Source of the DNA: Eledone cirrhosa
Taxonomy: Eukaryota
Assembly (NCBI GenBank): GCA_964016885.1
Contig: CAXHJY010000157.1
Span: forward strand, 1-64,000
Direction of reading: 5' to 3'
DNA: 64,000 nt
Shown: positions 54,258 through 64,000 of the stretch, piece after piece
Layout of the letters: each line of letters opens with the position of its first letter
How positions within the stretch are numbered: the stretch's first letter is position 1
Notes under the pieces: generated by a model
What the model saw: only the letters and a program-made list of their open reading frames with translations
Databases searched by the model: none
What the model was told of the DNA's origin: nothing
Translations under genes and position numbers: made by a program

Positions 54258-56084
54258 TTAGTTAAGCAAAACAAGACCACAAACTTCACAAGGAAGACAT
54301 TATTAAAAGATTGTCAACATATTTTAGTTTGATGTAAGGAATGTAGAGAATAATAATAATAATATTAATAATAATAATGTCCGTTTACAATTGTTTCGCT
54401 ACTCCATATAATATTTCTGGGTCAGATGACTATATATCATAATTGATCTGTTAATAATTGAAAATAATTAACATATTTATAAAAACAGAGTGGCTCATCG
54501 GAACTCAAAGGAATATAAATTAAAATAATGTTACATAATATAATGTTCCATATATTGGTTTTTACTATGGTGTCTTGGTTGCATCAGCTGTCAGCCATAA
54601 TCAAGCAGTATTCATCTGTCGAGGCTGCATTGTGTGAGATCTGCCTATGGGTAACAAGATGGCTCTCAAAGGGCATATTTACCTTACTAATTAGAGGGTG
54701 GTTTCAGGGGAAGTAGCTTCTCGAGAGATTAGAGATTGTGAGTATTTATAGTTAAGTGCTAGTTTTTAAATGTTTTAATTGAGAGACAATGTAGAGGAGG
54801 TAACTTATAATTATCGAGTTGTTCATAGCAATTTAACTAATTAGCTACAAGTAGAAATGGGGCTACATGACTAAGTTGGGTCAAAAACTCTATTGGCGAA
54901 GGAATTAGCCCTTCGATGTTGACAACTAATGGTTACCTCCGTTCTATCGTTAATCGGTAGAGGTCATGATAGAGTTATGTAATATGCTTCCGTAACACAG
55001 AGATCACAAGATTTTCTTCGTCCATTGAACGGTTGGGCCCTAGCTACGATATCCCATTTTAGTGAGTGTTGAACGTTGTTTAATTTAAGGTTTTTAATGC
55101 GCCTAGCTAGCGATGTCGAACATCTGTTGCTAGGGTCTCGGAAGGAAAAAGAGTGCGCATTATAGCGTACCTTAAAAGGGTTAGAGGTAAACCCGATATA
55201 AGAGCTGGTATTCGAAGCAGTCTCAACCGTGCACCTATAGACTATGTTGGGTGTCAGGCAGTGTCCATTTAATGGGCATGCATTAGGGTAACGGCAGTTG
55301 CAGCTGCTTCTGCGGTTAGTGAGAGTAGGGTAGTTTAACCTAAGCGGTTGGTCAGTGCTAGAAGGATTAGATGGGGGAGGTGTGCTACTAGAGTAATTAT
55401 TGGTGTAGTGGCGTGGTGTATTTGATAGGGGTGGTGGTACCGCGGTGTGGGAGTTATACTGTCTTAGCTTATGATGGTTACTGAACGCGATGTGGCTAGC
55501 TAGGTTAGGTGTTGTGGAGAATGAGATTTTAATGTTATTTTTATTAAAGAGTTTGTAATATCTATGGTTGGGGGGGGGAGTGTTTGGATAGGATAGAGAA
55601 GAAGCGTTGGGGGATATTAGTGGCTAGATTAGATGAGAATGGTGGGTTGAGCCAGGTGACATTTCTAGGTCTATTCCTTCTAGGGGTTCTAGTGGAGTTG
55701 GTAGGGGCCTTCCTAAGGTTATTATTACCTGGGGATTTGTTATATTTCTCATTCCTATGCTAGGGTTGATTTTTAGTTTGCTACTTGGTGTGGGGAGCAG
55801 GCCGCTGCCACCATTAAAGTTCCCTGTATAGGTGCTGTTACTGCTAAAATTCCGGCGAATCTGGCTATATGCTAAGGTTTTTCTAGTTCTAGTGTTAAGT
55901 TTATTATGGTGAGTTACTGTATTATGGCATTTGTAAACAGATTGTAAACGGACATTAATATTATTAATATTATTATTATTATTATTCTCTACATTCCTTA
56001 CATCAAACTAAAATATTTTGACAATCTTTTAATAATGTCTTCCTTGTGAGGTTTGTGGTCTTGGTTTGCTTAACTAATGAATAT
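54251..56084 (-). mobile_element. 5'-truncated Penelope-like retroelement with inverted 3'-end copy
   Basis: Inverted arms 54251-54391 / 55941-56084; abuts (TA)n; internal GIY-YIG reading frame. Confidence 0.9.
54871..55930 (-). pseudogene. PLE ORF C-terminus: linker plus GIY-YIG endonuclease
   Basis: RNVTWLNPPFSSNLATNI..FFSILSKH / YKLFNKNNIKISFS..CNCRYPNACPLNGHCLTPNIVYRCTV..SYIGFTSNPFKVRYNAH..LKWDIV..CDLCVTE..NDRTE..CQHR; frameshifts near 55575 and 55740, TGA at 54964-54966, final TAG at 54871-54873. Confidence 0.9.
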
Positions 56085-56259
56085 TTCCAGCTCTGCGCAC
56101 CTAACTTCTGCATGAACCCAGCCACCTAGCTGCTTTCTACTGAATATTGCACATTGAGCACATGCCTTTACGCTTTGGCTTCTAACTAACTCACCAATCT
56201 TTCTTCTCATATCTACTCTACTATCTCCATCTTTCTCTTTAAGATTGGTTACTCTTGAA

Positions 56260-56361
<102 letters not shown>

Positions 56362-56377
56362 GGAGACAGAGAGATAT

Positions 56378-56560
56378 GCTTCTACTTTTGGCACAAAGGC
56401 CAGCAATTACCCCCAATGCGTTACTGGTGCATTATTTCATCAGTCCCGTAAGGATGAAAGGTAAAGCTAAGCTCGGTGGGATTTGAACTCAGAACGTAAT
56501 TGGTCACAACTCTACGCTGTAAAGCATGGCGCCAGACGCTCTACCAATTCTGCCAAACCA
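56378..56560 (-). mobile_element. SINE family A
   Basis: Recognisable copy between (GA)n and (GATA)n. Confidence 0.85.
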
Positions 56561-56569
56561 TGATGGATG

Positions 56570-56671
<102 letters not shown>

Positions 56672-57262
56672 CGTGTGTAAGCATCTGTCGATATATTGTG
56701 TATACAAGTTTACATACACCGGCACTTAAAAGTATATCAGCATTTTCTGAAGTCAAAGGTATGCGCCAGTGTTACATCTTTTATATTATCAATGGCGGAA
56801 CATTGCAATGCAATTGAAATCACTGCTGTATCACCATTACACACCAACTTGTCTTCGGCACGAATAGAGAAGAAAACAGAAAAAGAATAAATATAAAACC
56901 TATTTTAAATACAACTACTGCCTCTATATTTTAATATATCTTCTGTAGATTTAGAAGATTGATAGAATAAAAAACATACATACACACAAGCGCTCATATA
57001 TGTATATATATATATATGTATGTATGTGTGTATGTATATATGTATCTATGTATGTATATATATATGTGTGTGTATGTATTTACGTATGTATATATATATG
57101 TATGTATCAGTATGCTTATATGTATCTGTCTGTGTATGTGTACACATATAAGAAATCATATTAAGAATGAACATGTTTGCAAATATGTTATAAGGTTACA
57201 CTTATATACGGTATATATTACCACCCCCACCTCCCCACACACACACATACAAACACACACAA

Positions 57263-57338
<76 letters not shown>

Positions 57339-57340
<2 letters not shown>

Positions 57341-57539
57341 CGAAGGAAATGTGGTAAGGAACCAGATGGACCATAACGCACCAAAGTACTCAATACTTAG
57401 GGTAGTAGAGTGGGTAATAGGAACGAGTAGGACCCCGGCGGCTGAGCTCAAGCCGTTTCGACGGCTAATTCTGGACGCATTGAGTCCAGAATTAGCCGTC
57501 GAAACGGTTTGAGCTCAGCCGTCGGGGTCCTACTTGTTC

Positions 57540-57540
<1 letters not shown>
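57339..57540 (-). mobile_element. family H fold-back insertion, most complete copy
   Basis: Tail plus hairpin with loop gcattga; flanked by TA. Confidence 0.85.
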
Positions 57541-57597
<57 letters not shown>

Positions 57598-57601
57598 TAT
57601 A

Positions 57602-57685
<84 letters not shown>

Positions 57686-58048
57686 ATGTGTGTGTGTGTG
57701 TGACGCAGCAGCAGCAACAACAACAACAGCAACGTCCACACTGACCACTGTAGTAGCAGTGAGAGTAATACCCTCTTAATGGCAACAACTCTATCTCTAC
57801 CCGATACCCAGGTAGCGGCAACAACAACAACAACAACAACGCTAGAATGAATAAGTCACGACGACGACGGCAACAAAAAAAGGTTTGGTGGTGTCGGTCG
57901 CTGTAAATTTATTACTACAGTAATAATAATAATAATCGTTTCCACCCTTTGGCACAAGGCCAGCAATAAACCCAGTGCATAATACTGCCGGGCCCACGAA
58001 CAGAAGGGCGTGTGTTTTTTCTGCCTGCCGCATATCACAAATTCGAAT

Positions 58049-58138
58049 TTCATCTGAAGATATTGTCTTATAGCCACAACAAATGCATGAATTACGTCTT
58101 GGATTGCATGGGAGAACCGTTGAAATAATTATCATGAA
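58049..58138 (+). ncRNA. hammerhead ribozyme motif with long, decayed stem II
   Basis: ttcat-CTGAAGA-t...t-GAAA-taatta-TC-atgaa, running into aataaa. Confidence 0.7.
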
Positions 58139-58260
58139 TAAACGATTTATGTAACATCACCAACTTTCTTAATGTTATTCTTATATATACTCAGAGTCAC
58201 ACACGCACACACACACACACACTCACACACACACACATACACACACACACACATACACAC

Positions 58261-58340
<80 letters not shown>

Positions 58341-58481
58341 CACACACACACACATCTTTATTAATGTTATTCTTATACTGAATCACCATCGTAACTACAA
58401 ACTACGAATGAAGAGAGCTTTCTCCTGCTTGTTCCTGTTTCTACAAAAACAAACTCTTCAGAACAATATATATATATACTG

Positions 58482-58531
<50 letters not shown>

Positions 58532-58537
58532 TATATT

Positions 58538-58605
<68 letters not shown>

Positions 58606-58974
58606 TATGTATATATACACACACACACACACACACACTCTCACACACATATACATATATGATGAGGTAGTATATAATCTATGATTTTTCAGGCGAAAAG
58701 TCAATCTGTTGTCTTTCTTATGTTTGGTGTATTCTCGATAGGTTTCCTCTGTTTGTAAGTCATGAAGATCAGTTATCATTATCTCTATTCTATCGAACTT
58801 TCCCCCCTTCTATGCGTGTTGGTGTTTCACTATAATCAATCTTACATATTGGCTTTCTTCCCACATATATATATTTACCTTTTCGCTTCTTTTACATTTT
58901 AACCCTAATGTGTACGAGCTGGTCTTACATGTAAAGTTGTGTTATTCTATTATGTTAGTTTATGTGAATGGTTG

Positions 58975-59250
58975 TGAAGGCGCGTGGTCTCTATATAAGG
59001 GTGTTGGAGTTACGATCATAATGTCGTGGGTTCGATTCCTTGGCTAGGCTGCGTGTTGTGTTCTTGAACAAAACACTTAATCTACATCGTTCCAGTATAT
59101 TCAGGTGACAATGATAGCTTGGGGTTTAACCCTACGATGGATTGATACTATTTCCAGGAGGCAATATTGTGCTCTCAGTCGCTTTAAGCCACGGAAACCA
59201 GGATAAGTACCTGTCTAGTGAACCTCCGAGCTCGAAACAGACATTAGACT
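58975..59250 (+). mobile_element. tRNA-SINE (B-like)
   Basis: ggcgcgtggtc..gggttcgattcc B box..gtgttcttgaacaaaacactt. Confidence 0.65.
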
Positions 59251-59899
59251 TAAGATATGAATGGGTGATTATGCATATGACAGCGTTTGTATATGACAGC
59301 ATTTGCATATGTCAGTGGTTTCATATGTGTGTATTTGCATGTGTGCATTTTTTTGTATGTTCCTGTTTGCTTATATTTATGTTTTATATATGTTCGTATT
59401 TAAAGCATATGTATGTGTTTGCATACGTGTCTTTCTTCTACGTTTCTGTAAATGTACGTTTCTGTAAATGTTCGTGTTGTTACACATATCTATGTGTTTG
59501 CATGTATATATGTAATTAGCATTGTATGTGCTTGTGAATTTGTACGAGGATGATGGAAAAGAAAAATGGATAATGTTTTCAAAGAAATCACATATTAACC
59601 TCTTTCCTATTATTGGCTGCTATGTTTGTATCTAATACTTTATTAACTTATTGTGACGTCTAAATATTGTGTAAAGAGATGATCAAATCACTTCACTACA
59701 TTTAGTCTTTAGTTGGTTTATTTCTCATTTGTTCTTCCATAGATATAATTAATCACAAGGTATGGACATCTTATCATATTGTCTTGCACTGATTCAGGCC
59801 AGTCAGAAATGGGGCAATGAATCTGCCTTCTCTCTCTCTCTCTCTCTCTATCTCTCAATCTCTCCCTCTTTCTCTCACACACACACACATATATATGTA

Positions 59900-60165
59900 A
59901 ATGTGTGTAAAGTGGTGTTAATAGTGACACGGCAAAAAGTGCTCAGCCCACACTGTAAAGTGGTCGTGTAAAAGACATGGTAAAAAGCACCCAGCAAACA
60001 CTGTAAATGTGGTTGACACTAGGAAGGGCATCTAACCGTAGAAAACCAGCCAGAAGCAGTCCTATATAAGCGAGGCACAATCACCCGACCCAACTTGCCT
60101 CTAAATGGGACAAACCTGTCTAACCCATGCTAGTGTGGAAGATGGACGTTAAACGGTGATGATAA

Positions 60166-60168
<3 letters not shown>
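59900..60168 (+). mobile_element. SINE/RTE-type 3' tail with short internal duplications
   Basis: ctgtaaagtggt repeated; aggaagggcatct..catgctagtgtggaagatggacgttaaa-(TGA)n. Confidence 0.6.
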
Positions 60169-60237
<69 letters not shown>

Positions 60238-60862
60238 ATATATGTATATACATAGAGCCGTGCGGCAAAACTTTCGCCAACTTCTTCGCGTACACAGTCC
60301 TGTTATTCTCTCCAGTCAAGCATGCGGAGTTTGTAAAACGTACAAATGTTTTAATTTTCTTTCTATTAATTAAAAAGTATTTGTACACAATTTTTAGTAT
60401 AACCAAGAGTTAAGCGGGAAATTGGTTCAATGAAAGTACATTAGTGAGTTGGACGGAAGCACGAAAATACATATATATTATTAGGTTTATAGAAGGACAC
60501 TATAACACAAATATAGTATTAGGTTTTGATAATACAAGAGGTGATATTATGTTTTACAGTAAGCAATTAAATAGTCATATCATCACATTCAGCCAACTGT
60601 GTCAGAACAATAAATTAAGTACGATCTAAACGCTATCGCTTGTTTTTACATGATAATCACTATTTCAACTGGGTTATCAATAGAACCGCGCCAAGTAGTA
60701 TATTGAGCATGAAGTGGCCTAAGGGGTTAGATGGAAGTCGTAAATTTACTTTATAGCGTCGTAATTAATCAATTATCTGCGTATATATATATATATACAA
60801 AGAGAGAAAGAGTGAAAGGGGGAAAGACACACAAAGGTGTTATTTGAACAGCTTTAAAACTA

Positions 60863-60929
<67 letters not shown>

Positions 60930-60948
60930 TAATATATAATATATATGC

Positions 60949-60996
<48 letters not shown>

Positions 60997-60999
60997 GTG

Positions 61000-61131
<132 letters not shown>

Positions 61132-61521
61132 TCATTTGAATCGCTAAATTGAACATATATTTGCGCAGCTAGGAAATGAACCTTGAAATGACACTTATTT
61201 TGTCTGACTTTTACAACTATTAACATTTCTGGCGAAGTAATCAATCCGAAGAGTAAAGGTCGATGTGGTATAGAAAGGGGGTATACAGAGAATGAAAGAC
61301 AATCAGCCATATATACGCACACAAACCCTTACATATATATATATATATGGTGGGGCGTAGCGGAATACTCCTACAGTCACAATAAACATACTAATAACTT
61401 GAGGGCCGTTGATATTAACCTATGACAGCCCGATTCTCTCAACATTTATGTCGTTTACTATTACTATTATAACTAATTCATTAATGGTTCCTTTTACTGT
61501 ACTAACACTGTTTATAGACCC

Positions 61522-61576
<55 letters not shown>

Positions 61577-61640
61577 CACACATACATATATATATATATG
61601 TGTGTGTGTGTACATATATATACACACATACATATATATA

Positions 61641-64000
61641 TATGTGAATATAGACATAGAATATTCGAAAATATTCTGTATGTTTATAATAAACATTTTG
61701 AAGACCTAATCGCTATAGAATAGAATACGTCACGTATTACAATTAGATTCTCGATAAAAGCAAGGGAAGTAATCTACGCGTTTCATTCTTGTTAGAAATC
61801 ATCAGGACTACATATCCAGTGCGTTTATCGAGAATGACACAGCTAGAGACTTATAGAATACTTAGCTGTGTACAGGAACTGGTTTGAAAGAGCGGTTGCC
61901 GGTCCGGCAGAAATTAGAAATTGGAATAAATGCTCTGAAATAGCGATATATATGTGAATATAGACATAGAATATTCGAAAATATTCTGTATATTTATAAT
62001 AAACATTTTGAAAACCTAATCGCTATAGAATAGAATACGTCACGTATTACAATTAGATTCTCGATAAAAGCAAGGGAAGTAATCTACGCGTTTCATTCTT
62101 GTTAGAAATCATCAGGACTACATATCCAGTGCTTTTATCGAGAATGACACAGCTAGAGACTTATAGAATACTTAGCTGTGTACAGGAACTGGTTTGAAAG
62201 AGCGGTTGCCGGTCCGGCAGAAATTAGAAATTGGAATAAATGCTCTGAAATAGCGATATATATGTGAATATAGACATAGAATATTCGAAAATATTCTGTA
62301 TGTTTATAATAAACATTTTGAAGACCTAATCGCTATAGAATAGAATACGTCACGTATTACAATTAGATTCTCGATAAAAGCAAGGGAAGTAATCTACGCG
62401 TTTCATTCTTGTTAGAAATCATCAGGACTACATATCCAGTGCTTTTATCGAGAATGACACAGCTAGAGACTTATAGAATACTTAGCTGTGTACAGGAACT
62501 GGTTTGAAAGAGCGGTTGCCGGTCCGGCAGAAATTAGAAATTGGAATAAATGCTCTGAAATAGCGATATATATGTGAATATAGACATAGAATATTCGAAA
62601 ATATTCTGTATGTTTATAATAAACATTTTGAAGACCTAATCGCTATAGAATAGAATACGTCACGTATTACAATTAGATTCTCGATAAAAGCAAGGGAAGT
62701 AATCTACGCGTTTCATTCTTGTTAGAAATCATCAGGACTACATATCCAGTGCTTTTATCGAGAATGACACAGCTAGAGACTTATAGAATACTTAGCTGTG
62801 TACAGGAACTGGTTTGAAAGAGCGGTTGCCGGTCCGGCAGAAATTAGAAATTGGAATAAATGCTCTGAAATAGCGATATATATGTGAATATAGACATAGA
62901 ATATTCGAAAATATTCTGTATGTTTATAATAAACATTTTGAAGACCTAATCGCTATAGAATAGAATACGTCACGTATTACAATTAGATTCTCGATAAAAG
63001 CAAGGGAAGTAATCTACGCGTTTCATTCTTGTTAGAAATCATCAGGACTACATATCCAGTGCTTTTATCGAGAATGACACAGCTAGAGACTTATAGAATA
63101 CTTAGCTGTGTACAGGAACTGGTTTGAAAGAGCGGTTGCCGGTCCGGCAGAAATTAGAAATTGGAATAAATGCTCTGAAATAGCGATATATATGTGAATA
63201 TAGACATAGAATATTCGAAAATATTCTGTATGTTTATAATAAACATTTTGAAGACCTAATCGCTATAGAATAGAATACGTCACGTATTACAATTAGATTC
63301 TCGATAAAAGCAAGGGAAGTAATCTACGCGTTTCATTCTTGTTAGAAATCATCAGGACTACATATCCAGTGCTTTTATCGAGAATGACACAGCTAGAGAC
63401 TTATAGAATACTTAGCTGTGTACAGGAACTGGTTTGAAAGAGCGGTTGCCGGTCCGGCAGAAATTAGAAATTGGAATAAATGCTCTGAAATAGCGATATA
63501 TATGTGAATATAGACATAGAATATTCGAAAATATTCTGTATGTTTATAATAAACATTTTGAAGACCTAATCGCTATAGAATAGAATACGTCACGTATTAC
63601 AATTAGATTCTCGATAAAAGCAAGGGAAGTAATCTACGCGTTTCATTCTTGTTAGAAATCATCAGGACTACATATCCAGTGCTTTTATCGAGAATGACAC
63701 AGCTAGAGACTTATAGAATACTTAGCTGTGTACAGGAACTGGTTTGAAAGAGCGGTTGCCGGTCCGGCAGAAATTAGAAATTGGAATAAATGCTCTGAAA
63801 TAGCGATATATATGTGAATATAGACATAGAATATTCGAAAATATTCTGTATGTTTATAATAAACATTTTGAAGACCTAATCGCTATAGAATAGAATACGT
63901 CACGTATTACAATTAGATTCTCGATAAAAGCAAGGGAAGTAATCTACGCGTTTCATTCTTGTTAGAAATCATCAGGACTACATATCCAGTGCTTTTATCT
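61641..64000 (-). repeat. 310-bp tandem array (7.6 units, continues past the window); putative non-LTR retrozyme
   Basis: tatgtgaata recurs at 61641, 61951, 62261, 62571, 62881, 63191, 63501 and 63811; one HHR per unit; no ORF. Confidence 0.92.
61769..61811 (-). ncRNA. type I minimal hammerhead ribozyme, first of 8 (others start at 62079, 62389, 62699, 63009, 63319, 63629, 63939)
   Basis: Minus: gtagtc-CTGATGA-t-ttct-aaca-agaa-t-GAAA-cgcg-TA-gattac; intact core, 6-bp stem I, palindromic ACGCGT, GUA site; 16-bp distal helix attctcgataaaagca / tgcttttatcgagaat. Confidence 0.9.

Noticed and set aside
54964-54966. In-frame TGA as selenocysteine, as in some Naiad PLEs
   Set aside because: It is not at a conserved Cys position, CGA-to-TGA decay explains it, and the ORF has other frameshifts
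58428-58466. Possible minus-strand hammerhead (ttgtt-CTGAAGA..GAAA..aacaa)
   Set aside because: No stem II pairing and no UH cleavage site
61641-64000. CRISPR array or rDNA/tRNA repeat
   Set aside because: Units are wholly identical with no unique spacers, and no rRNA or tRNA sequence is recognisable

Overview
AT-rich, repeat-saturated animal DNA, most likely octopus. This is inferred from the tRNA-derived SINE with a Nin/Deu-type central domain, the RTE, Tx1 and CRE LINE remnants, and the very abundant (TA)n/(CA)n tracts. No host protein-coding exon can be supported. Almost all supplied ORFs are microsatellite artefacts; the few real ones are transposon remnants. The main signal is an unusually dense set of type I hammerhead ribozyme (HHR) motifs: stem I - CUGAnGA - stem II - GAAA - mostly palindromic stem III - UH - stem I'. 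I find about 16 dispersed loci of many unrelated families, mostly in or beside (TA)n tracts, plus 8 copies in a nearly homogeneous 310-bp tandem array (61641-64000) that looks like a non-LTR retrozyme. Many of these insertions are fold-back (inverted) or partial-tandem structures whose junctions fall on ribozyme stems or cleavage sites. A 5'-truncated Penelope-like element with a GIY-YIG endonuclease (54251-56084) represents the class of autonomous element expected to mobilise them. Also present is a 3.3-kb hAT-type element with an 8-bp TSD, nested in an RTE LINE. All folds and alignments were read by eye, and coordinates of degenerate repeats are approximate.
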